Notes: a model not told the origin generated them from the sequence alone. DNA of 64,000 bases from Minisyncoccota bacterium (GCA_041665265.1 JBAYJE010000001.1:35081-99080), one strand, 5' to 3'; numbered from the stretch's first letter, positions 46,063 through 55,475 are shown. Made by a program: numbers and translations.

Positions 46063-46176
46063 ATGAAGGTAAGAGCATCTGTAAAAAAAATCTGTTTGAA
46101 ATGCAAGACTATCCGTCGCAAGGGAAGGGTCTATGTCATTTGTGAAAATAAAAAGCATAAACAACGACAAGGATAA
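46063..46176 (+). CDS. rpmJ: 50S ribosomal protein L36
   Basis: 37-aa [40 protein letters not shown] (C-x2-C...C-x4-H zinc ribbon). Below the ORF-track length cut-off. Confidence 0.85.
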   Translation: MKVRASVKKICLKCKTIRRKGRVYVICENKKHKQRQG

Positions 46177-46182
46177 TTATTT

Positions 46183-46566
46183 ATGAGAGTAGTAGGCGTA
46201 AACATACCAGACACAAAAAGAATTCCCGTTGCCCTTATGTACCTTTATGGGGTTGGTCTTGCACGTGCATATAAGATTATTGCCGAAGCAGAAATTAATC
46301 CCAAAAAATTTGCAAAAGAACTTACTCCAGAAGAAGTAAACAAAATACAGTCAATTATTGAAAAGAGCTACAAAGTAGAAGGAGAGTTACGACAGGTTAT
46401 TAAACAAAATATTAATCGTTTGAAAGATATTAAGGCGTATCGTGGTGTTCGCCACATGCGTCGTCTTCCAATGCACGGACAACGTACTAAAACAAATTCT
46501 CGAACGGTGCGCGGCAACGTACGTAAAACGGCCGGAAGCGGAAAGAGAAAGGTTGATCTCAAATAA
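46183..46566 (+). CDS. rpsM: 30S ribosomal protein S13
   Basis: MRVVGVNIPDTKRIPVALMYLYGVG... Confidence 0.95.
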   Translation: MRVVGVNIPDTKRIPVALMYLYGVGLARAYKIIAEAEINPKKFAKELTPEEVNKIQSIIEKSYKVEGELRQVIKQNINRLKDIKAYRGVRHMRRLPMHGQRTKTNSRTVRGNVRKTAGSGKRKVDLK

Positions 46567-46576
46567 TCACTAATCC

Positions 46577-47026
46577 ATGGGAAAGAAAAAAGTTGCAAAA
46601 GTAACAGGAGAGGCAGCCCTTAAGGAGTCACAGGGCGTTGAGAGCGCGGTTGCTGAAGTAAAGCAATCGGGCAAACTTCGCGTTGAAAAAGGGAAGGTGT
46701 TTATCCAAGCAACACTTAACAACACCATCATGACTATTACCGATGAGAAGGGGAATACAGTGGCGTGGTTGTCTGCTGGTTCACTTGGCTTCTCGGGTCC
46801 TAAGAAAGCAACTCCATTCGCAGCTTCAAAAGTTGCAGAGGCGCTCGCAGAAAAGGTAAAGAAATCTGGCCCTATCAAGATCGAGGTGTTTGTACGTGGT
46901 ATTGGAAAGGGAAGAGATTCCGCAGTCCGCTCGCTCGCGACGAAAGGATTTGATATCCTTTCAGTGAAGGATGTGACCCCAGTTCCTCATAACGGTCCTC
47001 GTCCAAGAAAGGTAAGAAGAATTTAA
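46577..47026 (+). CDS. rpsK: 30S ribosomal protein S11
   Basis: GKVFIQATLNNTIMTITDEKGN...ATPFAA core. N-terminal extension of about 20 aa. Confidence 0.9.
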   Translation: MGKKKVAKVTGEAALKESQGVESAVAEVKQSGKLRVEKGKVFIQATLNNTIMTITDEKGNTVAWLSAGSLGFSGPKKATPFAASKVAEALAEKVKKSGPIKIEVFVRGIGKGRDSAVRSLATKGFDILSVKDVTPVPHNGPRPRKVRRI

Positions 47027-47028
47027 CC

Positions 47029-47631
47029 ATGAGACCAATTAAAGAAAAAAAAGAGAGATCACTTGGCGTAAAACTTTTCTTAAAAGCGGAGCGTTGTAGC
47101 TCTCCAAAGTGTGTTACCGTGCGTCGCCCACAGCGTCCTGGCCAGCATGGTGCAAAGCGTCAGAGAAATATTTCTGATTTCGGGAAGCAGCTTCAGGAGA
47201 AGCAGAAGATTCGAATTTTTTTCGGTTTGAACAATAAACAGCTTGGGAAGTTATTTGAAACCTTAACCAAAGAGCAAATCGCCGCGCGTCTTCGTGAGCG
47301 CCTTGATTTTGTGGTGTATCTTTTGGGATTTGCAAAATCCCCACGTATTGCACGACAGCTTGTGTCTCATGGGCACATCGTGGTAAATGGAAAAAAGACA
47401 AACATCGCCTCATTCCATGTGAAAAAGGGTGATGTTATTCAGGTTCGTACTGAATCAAAAGACTCAAAGATATTTGAAGGAACCAAGGAGTATTTGAAAA
47501 ATCTTGAGGTACCGAAGTGGCTTACTGTTGATATTAATGAGCTTAAGGGTGAATGCGTCGCCCCTTCAAGCACCGAGGAGTATCAATTTCCTTTTGATAT
47601 CAACTTGGTAGGTCAATTTTATTCGCGTTAA
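47029..47631 (+). CDS. rpsD: 30S ribosomal protein S4
   Basis: C-x4-C zinc-ribbon region (CSSPKC) and S4 RNA-binding domain (LDFVVYLLGFAKSPRIARQLVSHGHIVVNG). Confidence 0.9.
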   Translation: MRPIKEKKERSLGVKLFLKAERCSSPKCVTVRRPQRPGQHGAKRQRNISDFGKQLQEKQKIRIFFGLNNKQLGKLFETLTKEQIAARLRERLDFVVYLLGFAKSPRIARQLVSHGHIVVNGKKTNIASFHVKKGDVIQVRTESKDSKIFEGTKEYLKNLEVPKWLTVDINELKGECVAPSSTEEYQFPFDINLVGQFYSR

Positions 47632-47645
47632 AATAATAATTATTT

Positions 47646-48389
47646 ATGAAATACGCACATCTTAGTGAATCGTTGGTGGTAAAGAAAGTTTCCGAGAAGG
47701 ACAATATTGGTTTGTTTCATGTCGAAAACCTTTATACCGGCTATGGTATGACCCTTGGTAATGCACTCCGAAGAGCGCTTCTTTCTTCGTTGCCTGGCGG
47801 AGCGATTACCCAAGTAAAGATTAGAGGAGTTGATCATGAATTTTCAGCACTTCCTGGGATGGTAGAAGATATCGTGGAATTTTCACTCAATTTAAAAAAA
47901 GTACGTTTTCATTTCTTTGCTGACGAGCCTCAAGTACTTACTCTTCATGTGAAGGGAGAAAAAGAGGTAACCGCTGCAGATATCGACGAGTCAACGTTTG
48001 TACAGGTTATTAATAAAGACCTTCATCTCGCAACACTTACGAAGAAGACCGCGGACCTCGATTTAGAAATTACCGTAGAAAAAGGATTAGGTTATATTCC
48101 TTCAGAAGCGCGTAAGCTTGAGAGACTTCCTGTGGGTACAATTGTGCTTGATGCACTTTTCTCACCGGTAGTACGTGTAGCGTTTTCCATTGAAAACATG
48201 CGCGTAGGGGATAGAACAGATTACAACCGTCTCATTCTTGAGGTGGAAACTGATGGCTCTATTACACCTTCTGAAGCATTCCATAAGTCAGTAAACATTA
48301 TTAAAGACCACTTCGAAAAGCTTTCTGCTGTCGAAGTTACCAAAACCGAAATAGCTACCCATAAAGAAAAGAAAGGAAAGAAGAAGTAA
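47646..48389 (+). CDS. rpoA: DNA-directed RNA polymerase alpha subunit, N-terminal domain only (no alpha-CTD)
   Basis: The alpha-NTD dimerisation/assembly fold is present. The ORF ends after residue 247 with a KEKKGKKK tail. Normal bacterial alpha is about 330 aa. Confidence 0.9.
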   Translation: MKYAHLSESLVVKKVSEKDNIGLFHVENLYTGYGMTLGNALRRALLSSLPGGAITQVKIRGVDHEFSALPGMVEDIVEFSLNLKKVRFHFFADEPQVLTLHVKGEKEVTAADIDESTFVQVINKDLHLATLTKKTADLDLEITVEKGLGYIPSEARKLERLPVGTIVLDALFSPVVRVAFSIENMRVGDRTDYNRLILEVETDGSITPSEAFHKSVNIIKDHFEKLSAVEVTKTEIATHKEKKGKKK

Positions 48390-48392
48390 TCC

Positions 48393-48743
48393 ATGCGACA
48401 CGCAAAGACTGTTAAAAAATTTGGACGAGAGAAAGGACAACGCAGAGCGTTTATGAAGGGGCTCGCGAACCATCTCATCTCTCATGAAAAGATTGTAACG
48501 ACCGAGGCACGAGCTAAAGCGTTGCGTGGTTTTGTTGAGCGCATGGTAACTCACGCGAAGAAACAAAACATCACTTCATTAAGACTCATTATGCGCGCAC
48601 TTCCTAAGGTGAATGCGTATAAGCTTTATCACGAAATTGCACCGCGTTATGCAGACCGAAAAGGGGGATACACTCGCGTGATTAAAATGGCGAAACCGAG
48701 GAAGCATGACGCATCCGCGATGGCAACAATAGAATTTGTATAA
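48393..48743 (+). CDS. rplQ: 50S ribosomal protein L17
   Basis: MRHAKTVKKFGR...HEKIVTTEARAKALR... Confidence 0.9.
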   Translation: MRHAKTVKKFGREKGQRRAFMKGLANHLISHEKIVTTEARAKALRGFVERMVTHAKKQNITSLRLIMRALPKVNAYKLYHEIAPRYADRKGGYTRVIKMAKPRKHDASAMATIEFV

Positions 48744-48744
48744 T

Positions 48745-49086
48745 ATGGAATATCAGATTGACGCAAAACAAAGGCCTTTAGGAAGAGTTGCTTCAGAAAT
48801 AGCAATTATTCTTCAAGGAAAAAAGAATCCAAGTTATGATCCTCGTGTTGAGGGTACTGATTCAGTTTCGGTGAGTAACGTAAAGGAGATTAAGTTGACT
48901 GGAAAGAAAGCCGAACAGAAGATGTATTATAAACACACTGGTCCTCTTGGTCATTTGCACGAGAGAAAATTTGAAAACGTATTTGAGAAGAATCCAGGAT
49001 GGGTATTACGCCGCGCAGTACGACTTATGTTGCCAAAGAATAAGCTTTCATCGAGGCGCATGAGGAGATTGAAGATTGTTGACTAA
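48745..49086 (+). CDS. rplM: 50S ribosomal protein L13
   Basis: IDAKQRPLGRVASEIAIILQGKKNPSYDP... ATG used, 9 nt inside the TTG-start table ORF, which avoids overlap with rplQ. Confidence 0.85.
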   Translation: MEYQIDAKQRPLGRVASEIAIILQGKKNPSYDPRVEGTDSVSVSNVKEIKLTGKKAEQKMYYKHTGPLGHLHERKFENVFEKNPGWVLRRAVRLMLPKNKLSSRRMRRLKIVD

Positions 49087-49094
49087 TACGATTT

Positions 49095-49523
49095 ATGACA
49101 CCGAAAACCGCAAAAATAGTAAAACCAAAAGCAGGCCGTTACTTCGAAGCAGTAGGGCGTCGAAAGACATCTATTGCACGAGTGCGTATTCATGCTGGAA
49201 AGCCGGGTACTAACGTAGAAGTGAATGATAAAAAGTTCGCGGTATATTTTCCTCTTGAGAAGCATCGTCGCACCGTGGTAAGCCCTTTTGAGGGACTTTC
49301 CTTGAAGGAATATGATGTGACTGCAAAAGTGTCTGGAGGTGGTGTAAGCTCACAGGCGGAGGCGGTTCGCCTTGGTGTCTCCCGCGCACTCATCCTTATG
49401 AATCCTATTTGGCGTTCGCGTCTTAAGGTCTTAGGCTTTATGAAACGTGACCCACGTATGGTGGAACGTAAGAAGCCGGGTCTTAGAAAGGCACGCCGAC
49501 CGCAGCAGTGGAGAAAACGTTAA
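49095..49523 (+). CDS. rpsI: 30S ribosomal protein S9
   Basis: GRRKTSIARVRI...C-terminal KARRPQQWRKR. Confidence 0.9.
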   Translation: MTPKTAKIVKPKAGRYFEAVGRRKTSIARVRIHAGKPGTNVEVNDKKFAVYFPLEKHRRTVVSPFEGLSLKEYDVTAKVSGGGVSSQAEAVRLGVSRALILMNPIWRSRLKVLGFMKRDPRMVERKKPGLRKARRPQQWRKR

Positions 49524-49532
49524 TCTAAGAAA

Positions 49533-49559
49533 ATCCCTCGCACAAGCGAGGGATTTTTG
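49533..49559 (+). terminator. Intrinsic terminator after rpsI
   Basis: ATCCCTCGC-acaa-GCGAGGGAT plus TTTTT. Confidence 0.7.
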
Positions 49560-49565
49560 TTCAGA

Positions 49566-49708
49566 GAAACCTTCATTCTTATTCTTCAGAACCAGAATAC
49601 ATTTGCTCCCGCGGCAAATGTTTCCTCCCCCTCGTCCTTTTGTCTCCCTACGGGAGAACCAAGCCAAAAGGACTCCGGGATGTTCTTCAGAATAAGAATG
49701 AAGGTTTC
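49566..49708. repeat. 143-bp structured palindromic element (27-bp terminal inverted repeats with nested hairpins) between rpsI and the next gene
   Basis: GAAACCTTCATTCTTATTCTTCAGAAC...GTTCTTCAGAATAAGAATGAAGGTTTC (25/27 complementary). Internal hairpins CATTTGC/GCAAATG, TCCTTTTG/CAAAAGGA, CTCCC/GGGAG. Confidence 0.5.
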
Positions 49709-49894
49709 AATTAATATTTGAACAACCCTTGACATACTCGCTCAAAGAAGATTTGGGGATTGGCAGTTGGAGCATATTCATTGACCAATTTGCTTTGGAA
49801 GTTGTACTATGGGGTTGTTCTTTAATATATGGTCGCAAGTAATGAGAGCTGGAAATTCCAGACGGTATGAACGCGAACCAAAGGAGGAATTGCT

Positions 49895-50539
49895 ATGGAA
49901 GATAAATCCGCAACTCTCGACCAGGCGAAACAGATATTAAATGTCATTTCGCAAAGTGGTGCATCAAGGAAGCGAATTCAAGATTTATTTGAATCCGGTT
50001 TCCTTTCAGATCTTATGATGATGAATCCAGAATATGTAAGTCGTATTGATCGAAGGGATTTAAGAAATCTCTTGGGTGTTTGTCCACGATTTGTAGTTGA
50101 AGTAGATTACAATAGTGAGTTCTATAAACAATCTATGAATTTTTCTTTCCGGTTCTCTCGCTTTCCTGAGTTATATGCCGATTGGTATAAACGTGGAGCA
50201 GGAAAAGAAAATGTGACGGTTGAGCTTATTCCTCCTTCTCTTATTAATAATCCCGTAGAAGATACTCGTTCCATCATTCTTTTTGGGAGTTTGAAGAGTT
50301 TGGGATACCGATTTGCGTCACCGAGTGAATTTATTGTTCTTATCGATAAATATGCAACAGAATTTCCTCGTGGAGTGTCGGTGATAGGGGGTCCAGTGAC
50401 AAATAAGAGTGAAAAAGGAGATTCCTATCTCATGGAATTTATGGAATTTAAATCGCCAGGATTCGGATTTGGGATGTTTTTTCCTCCTGTATTTGGCGAA
50501 AGAGATTTTAAGTGGTGGATTGCGGCAGTAAGGATATAG
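49895..50539 (+). CDS. Hypothetical protein
   Basis: AAAGGAGG SD. 214 aa. No recognisable domain. Confidence 0.5.
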   Translation: MEDKSATLDQAKQILNVISQSGASRKRIQDLFESGFLSDLMMMNPEYVSRIDRRDLRNLLGVCPRFVVEVDYNSEFYKQSMNFSFRFSRFPELYADWYKRGAGKENVTVELIPPSLINNPVEDTRSIILFGSLKSLGYRFASPSEFIVLIDKYATEFPRGVSVIGGPVTNKSEKGDSYLMEFMEFKSPGFGFGMFFPPVFGERDFKWWIAAVRI

Positions 50540-50545
50540 TAGCTA

Positions 50546-50579
50546 AAAATAGACCACCTTGGCATCAAGGTGGTTTTTA
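50546..50579. terminator. Bidirectional intrinsic terminator (convergent genes)
   Basis: AAAAA-ACCACCTTG-gcat-CAAGGTGGT-TTTTT. Confidence 0.7.
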
Positions 50580-50589
50580 TTTTCCCTCA

Positions 50590-51936
50590 CTAATTTTCAA
50601 GAATGGTGCGAGTGAGTGTACCATCTTTGTGTAGAATGAAAAGCGCATCACTTAAGGCAAAGGAGGAGATATTTTTTTCAAAAATATAGCGATTGCGCGG
50701 AGGACGCACATCGAATTCTTCTACAAGAAGATTCGTGCCTGCTTTTATAAAAAAGTAATTAGGAGAAGAGGGAATCCAGGTGAATGTTGAAGGGTCTATA
50801 GCCTCCTCTATTTTCATGGTTTGTAGCTCACCTTTTCGGTGAATCATGTTCTCTTCGTATTCCTCAATGTATAGAAGAGAGAGTATGCGATCTTTGGTAA
50901 TAAATGCGGCACGTTTATTATCTGGCGAGAAGGAGAAGAATTCCACATTGTGTGCAAGAGAGGTGGTGGTGTTTGCACCCACATCGAAGAGAAAAAGATT
51001 ATTTTTATTATCGAGTGACATAACATACCAACCATTGGGGCTTGATGCAATACGAGCAGTAGAGGCAAGGGCGAGGGGATAGGAGGTGGTGGTATGAATT
51101 ACAAGATTAATAGCGGTCTCGGTGCCTATATCATCAATTATTACTACTCCATTATTTGTGGTGGTATAGGTACGGATATTCTTTGTGGTAAAGAGTTCCT
51201 CAAGCTCGATTTTTCTCATATCAAGGAGGTAGAGAGATGTTTTTGTGATAACAATAAGCTTGGTGGCATTGAAAGGATGGAAAAAGATATTTTGAATTAT
51301 TGCAGAAGTTGAAGTCGCGGGTTGGCGATTTTTGAGAGAAAGAAAGAGTTTATTTATGTTAAGGGTACTAGAAGTTGTATCAAGGTCAGTAAAATAGAAG
51401 GTATCGTGTTCATGAGTAATAATGAGTTCAGAAGTTGGTGAGTGGGCAATAACTTCAGTGCCCTGTATTATTTTGTTATTGATTGAGAGTTTTGTATTTT
51501 TTTGAGTAAGAAGACCTTGTGCGGTTGTCCAAAATGCATCGGTGCTTGTAGCAAGAATTTCCTTTTGTATCTTTTGAGGCCAAAGAACGACACGACTTGC
51601 AGAGGTAACCTGACCTGGTTCTACGGTGAGTTCTTTATGCCATTCTCCGTAGCCCTCGCGTGTAAGTGATGCAGTATAGGTACTTGGTGCAAGGCCATCA
51701 ATGAAAATATCACGATTTAAAAAACTTCCACGCTCCATTCTTTCTTTCCCATTGAGTGAAAGCGTTGCATCGCGTGGGGTGAAATGAAAGAAAAGGCCAC
51801 CCGCTTTTGCAAGGCGGAGATGTTCTATATCAACCACAATACCTTGCATTTTGAGTGCTAAGTAAGCTCCAATAACGAGGAATACGGCGATAAAAAAAGA
51901 GAAGAGAACCTTCCTGGTGCGTGTCTTAATAATCAT
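50590..51936 (-). CDS. Membrane-anchored PEGA-domain protein with beta-rich (propeller-like) ectodomain
   Basis: N-terminal TM (VLFSFFIAVFLVIGAYLAL), then a PEGA-type segment (IFIDGLAPSTYTASLTREGYGEWHKELTVEPGQ), then repetitive beta-strand-rich sequence. ATG used, 42 nt inside the GTG-start table ORF. Confidence 0.5.
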   Translation of the reverse strand: MIIKTRTRKVLFSFFIAVFLVIGAYLALKMQGIVVDIEHLRLAKAGGLFFHFTPRDATLSLNGKERMERGSFLNRDIFIDGLAPSTYTASLTREGYGEWHKELTVEPGQVTSASRVVLWPQKIQKEILATSTDAFWTTAQGLLTQKNTKLSINNKIIQGTEVIAHSPTSELIITHEHDTFYFTDLDTTSSTLNINKLFLSLKNRQPATSTSAIIQNIFFHPFNATKLIVITKTSLYLLDMRKIELEELFTTKNIRTYTTTNNGVVIIDDIGTETAINLVIHTTTSYPLALASTARIASSPNGWYVMSLDNKNNLFLFDVGANTTTSLAHNVEFFSFSPDNKRAAFITKDRILSLLYIEEYEENMIHRKGELQTMKIEEAIDPSTFTWIPSSPNYFFIKAGTNLLVEEFDVRPPRNRYIFEKNISSFALSDALFILHKDGTLTRTILEN

Positions 51937-52037
51937 CGGTTCCCTTACGGTAACCTTCTGCGGCTTTTTTGGCAACACAGGGAATTTATTTGAATTTTAT
52001 CGCGGTCGGTAGTAGAGTAGAACCGTACAGATAACAC

Positions 52038-53042
52038 ATGTTTACACGTAAAATTGGTATTGATCTTGGCACCACAAATACACTCGTCTTTCTTCCTGAG
52101 CGCGGTATTGTGATAAATGAACCAACGGTGGTAGCACTTCGCAAACCGGATAATACGGTGCTTGCAGTAGGTGCAGAAGCAAAAGAAATGGTGGGGCGCA
52201 CTCCCGATGACATCGTAACGTATCGGCCACTTAAAGATGGTGTGATTGCGGAATATTATATTACACAAGCGATGCTTAAATATTTTATTACAAAAAGTAT
52301 TGGCACGTTTAATGTGATTCGTCCCGAGGTGGTTATTTCGGTTCCTGCAGGTATTACTTCGACAGAACATCGCGCGGTAATGAACGCCGCAAAAGAGGCA
52401 GGTGCTCGCGAAGTATATTTGGTAAAAGAACCACTTCTTGCATCACTCGGTGCGGGTATCCCGATTCACTCCGCAGAAGGAAATATGATTGTAAACATCG
52501 GTGGTGGAACTACGGAGGTAGCAGTTATCTCGCTTGGTGGCATTGTTACGTGGGCGAGTTTACGTGTTGCAGGAAACCGTTTTGATAACGCAATCAGCGA
52601 GTACATTAAAAAGAAGTATGCGCTTGCGATTGGTGAAAATACTGCTGAAAACATCAAAATTACTATTGGTACCGCAATGCAGAATCGCAATAAGATGGAG
52701 ATGAAAATTCGCGGAAGAGACCTCCATTCAGGACTTCCTAAAGATATGGTAATTAATTCGAATGAAGTTGCTGAGGCAATTAATGGGCATCTCGTTGATA
52801 TTATGAATGCAGTCCAATCTGTGTTTAATGTGACACCGCCTGAGCTCGCTGCCGATATTATGGAGAAAGGCATCATTCTTTCAGGAGGAAGTTCACAGCT
52901 TCGTGATCTTGAGGAATTTATTAAGCGTTCGCTTGGAGTTCCTGCGTATGTTGCAGAGGAGGCTATTCTTTGTGTAGCAAAGGGTACCGCGACTATTCTT
53001 AATCATTTGGATGTGTATAAACGAACACTCCTTAGGCGCTAA
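52038..53042 (+). CDS. mreB: Rod-shape-determining protein MreB
   Basis: IGIDLGTTNTLVF phosphate-1 motif. Actin fold. 334 aa. Confidence 0.9.
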   Translation: MFTRKIGIDLGTTNTLVFLPERGIVINEPTVVALRKPDNTVLAVGAEAKEMVGRTPDDIVTYRPLKDGVIAEYYITQAMLKYFITKSIGTFNVIRPEVVISVPAGITSTEHRAVMNAAKEAGAREVYLVKEPLLASLGAGIPIHSAEGNMIVNIGGGTTEVAVISLGGIVTWASLRVAGNRFDNAISEYIKKKYALAIGENTAENIKITIGTAMQNRNKMEMKIRGRDLHSGLPKDMVINSNEVAEAINGHLVDIMNAVQSVFNVTPPELAADIMEKGIILSGGSSQLRDLEEFIKRSLGVPAYVAEEAILCVAKGTATILNHLDVYKRTLLRR

Positions 53043-53047
53043 TATTC

Positions 53048-53842
53048 ATGATCTTCGGCCACGAAGACATACAAAAAGCATTTAAGCATTTTATTCGAGA
53101 AGAAACGCTCGGACATGCGTATCTTTTTTTTGGTGATGAGGGTATTGGGAAGCGTTCATTTGCATATGAGTGTGCACATATGATTGAGCGCGGGAAAGAG
53201 ATGAATAAAACCCCCGATGGAGAGCCACTTGGAGATTTGATGATTCTTGCTCCAAATGAAAAAGGAATAATCGGTATTGATGCAGTGAGAGAAATAAAAA
53301 ACTTCTTATGGCAGACTCCATTTCATTCACCAAAACGTATTGCTCTTATTGATGATGCACACACTCTGACTGATGAGGCAGAAGGAGCAATGTTGAAAAT
53401 TGTAGAAGAGCCTCCCTCGCACGGACTTATTATATTGGTGACTCACGATACACAAATGCTTCTTCCTCCACTTCTTTCGCGTCTTTCTCGAATATATTTT
53501 AGACGTTTTTCGCGTAGTGAAGTTCAACAAATTTTGGAAAAAGAATATGAAGTAACACCTACGCGTGCAAAAGAAATCGCATCTGCTTCATTTGGAAGGT
53601 TGGGGATGGCACTCTCGCTCCTTCGAGGAACTTCAAAAATAATTTCTGAAGATGACGCAAAAGGATTACTCACACAAACTATTGAGGGAAAGATTCTCTC
53701 TCTCTATGCGAAGGGAAGTATGGTACACGCAGAAACGCTTACACGTTTGCTTGCGCGCGAGACCGCGGTAAAACAGTTTAATGTAAATCCAGGCCTTCAA
53801 CAGAAAGCAGTTGAATACGAGGCGCGGGGCACCTATAATTGA
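53048..53842 (+). CDS. holB: DNA polymerase III delta-prime subunit (clamp-loader AAA+ protein)
   Basis: GHAYLFFGDEGIGKRSFAYECA P-loop-like motif and SRLSRIYF sensor region. 264 aa. Confidence 0.7.
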   Translation: MIFGHEDIQKAFKHFIREETLGHAYLFFGDEGIGKRSFAYECAHMIERGKEMNKTPDGEPLGDLMILAPNEKGIIGIDAVREIKNFLWQTPFHSPKRIALIDDAHTLTDEAEGAMLKIVEEPPSHGLIILVTHDTQMLLPPLLSRLSRIYFRRFSRSEVQQILEKEYEVTPTRAKEIASASFGRLGMALSLLRGTSKIISEDDAKGLLTQTIEGKILSLYAKGSMVHAETLTRLLARETAVKQFNVNPGLQQKAVEYEARGTYN

Positions 53843-53849
53843 TATACCT

Positions 53850-54404
53850 ATGGCAATAACAAGCGCGGATGATTATAAAAAAGAAGCACAGAATACGCTC
53901 CAGGAATTTAAGAAGGAAATAGGGGGTGTTCGTGCAGGAAGACCTTCTACAGTAATTCTCGAAGAGGTGAAGGTAAATTATTACGGTAATCTTACTCCTT
54001 TAAAACATATGGGAACCATTTCAGTAGTTCCTCCTCGTGAACTTGTGGTGCAGTTATGGGATAAGGAAGCGGTGCAGCCGGCAGCAAAAGCAATTGAAAC
54101 AACATCACTTGGGTTTACTGCAAGTGTTGAGGGAAATACAATTCGTGTTTTTCTTCCGGAGCTTAGTCAGGAGCGTCGAGAAGAACTCGGGAAACATGCG
54201 AAAAAAATTAGTGAACAGTTTCGTATTCGTTTGCGTCAGATTCGTGATGAGGCAAATAAAGGTGTAGAAGCAACATTTGCGGCAGGCGGATTTGGAGAAG
54301 ATCAGAAGTTTAAACAAAAAGAGTTGGTTCAAAAATATACAGACACCACAAACAAGGAGATTGAGAGCATTCTTGGGGCAAAATTAAAAGAAATTGAAGA
54401 ATAA
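53850..54404 (+). CDS. frr: Ribosome recycling factor
   Basis: GVRAGRPSTVILEEVKVNYYG...TISVVPPRELVVQLWD. Internal ATG used, avoiding the table ORF overlap with holB. Confidence 0.9.
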   Translation: MAITSADDYKKEAQNTLQEFKKEIGGVRAGRPSTVILEEVKVNYYGNLTPLKHMGTISVVPPRELVVQLWDKEAVQPAAKAIETTSLGFTASVEGNTIRVFLPELSQERREELGKHAKKISEQFRIRLRQIRDEANKGVEATFAAGGFGEDQKFKQKELVQKYTDTTNKEIESILGAKLKEIEE

Positions 54405-55468
54405 TGATTATTTTAGCTGTTGTAATTGGATTAATAATACTTGTCATTGCTCATGAATTTGGGCATTTTATTGCATCAAAGGCATTTGGAGTAAAAGTAG
54501 AGGAATTTGGTGTTGGATATCCTCCAAAGCTTTTTGGAAAGAAGTTTGGAGAGACATTATATAGTGTGAATCTCTTACCTCTCGGAGGATTTGTGCGCAT
54601 TCATGGAGAAGAAGAACACGCAGAAGAAGGAGCGGAACCCATCGATCCTCAACGTAGTTTTGTACATCAAGCGATATGGAAGCGTTCGTTTATTCTTATT
54701 GCGGGTGTGGTAATGAACCTTATCGCGGGATGGCTTATTTTCTCTGGTGTCTTTATGACGGGAAGTCCTGAACATCTCATTCTTGGTGAGATTGACGCAA
54801 AATCTCCTGCGGCGATTGCAGGGCTCATGCGTGGTGATGTGATTACTTTTGCAAAATTAGGAGAGCTTGAACTGAAAGATCCAGTACAGATTAAGGAATT
54901 TATTGGAGCGGTAAAACGTGTTGCAGGAACCGAGGTGACGATTGAGGTAATGCGCGAAGGAAAAACCATTGAAACAAAACTCACTCCTCGTATAACCCCC
55001 CCAGAAGGAGAAGGCGCACTTGGAGTTGAACTCATAGAAATGGGGTTTGTTGCCAAACCATTTTTTGCTGCGTTAGGCGCAGGATTTGTTGCGATGGCAT
55101 CGGTCTTGTGGCTTACCATTCTTGGATTTGCAAATCTTTTTGTGAGTCTTTTTGTTGCCCCAAGCACCGCACTTCAAAGTGTTGCGGGACCCGTGGGTAT
55201 TTTTACACTTGCTGCCCAAACAGGGGAGATGGGATTCGTGTATCTCGCACAACTTATTGGATTTATTTCTGTGAACCTTGCGGTATTAAATCTTATTCCT
55301 TTTCCTGCATTAGATGGGGGACGAGTATTATTTCTTTGCATTGAGAAGATAAAAGGCAGTCCTATTTCTTCACGGACGCAACGAATTATAAATGGAGTTG
55401 GTTTTTTAGCACTCCTCGCACTTATGGTACTTGTGACGGTACATGATGTAGGGAAAATATCACGCTAA
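54404..55468 (+). CDS. rseP: RIP zinc metalloprotease (site-2 protease) RseP
   Basis: HEFGHFIAS (HExxH) at the N-terminus, PDZ domain, LNLIPFPALDGG C-terminal motif. Confidence 0.85.
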   Translation: MIILAVVIGLIILVIAHEFGHFIASKAFGVKVEEFGVGYPPKLFGKKFGETLYSVNLLPLGGFVRIHGEEEHAEEGAEPIDPQRSFVHQAIWKRSFILIAGVVMNLIAGWLIFSGVFMTGSPEHLILGEIDAKSPAAIAGLMRGDVITFAKLGELELKDPVQIKEFIGAVKRVAGTEVTIEVMREGKTIETKLTPRITPPEGEGALGVELIEMGFVAKPFFAALGAGFVAMASVLWLTILGFANLFVSLFVAPSTALQSVAGPVGIFTLAAQTGEMGFVYLAQLIGFISVNLAVLNLIPFPALDGGRVLFLCIEKIKGSPISSRTQRIINGVGFLALLALMVLVTVHDVGKISR

Positions 55469-55475
55469 TTTATTT

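Noticed and set aside
49566-49708. Interpretation of the structured palindromic element as a tRNA, tmRNA or RNase P RNA.
   Set aside because: The 27-bp closing stem is far too long for a tRNA acceptor stem and there is no T-loop GTTCRA. The element is too short for RNase P or tmRNA and lacks their conserved P4 and tag elements. The partial AAAGGACUCCGGG resemblance to P4 is not sufficient.
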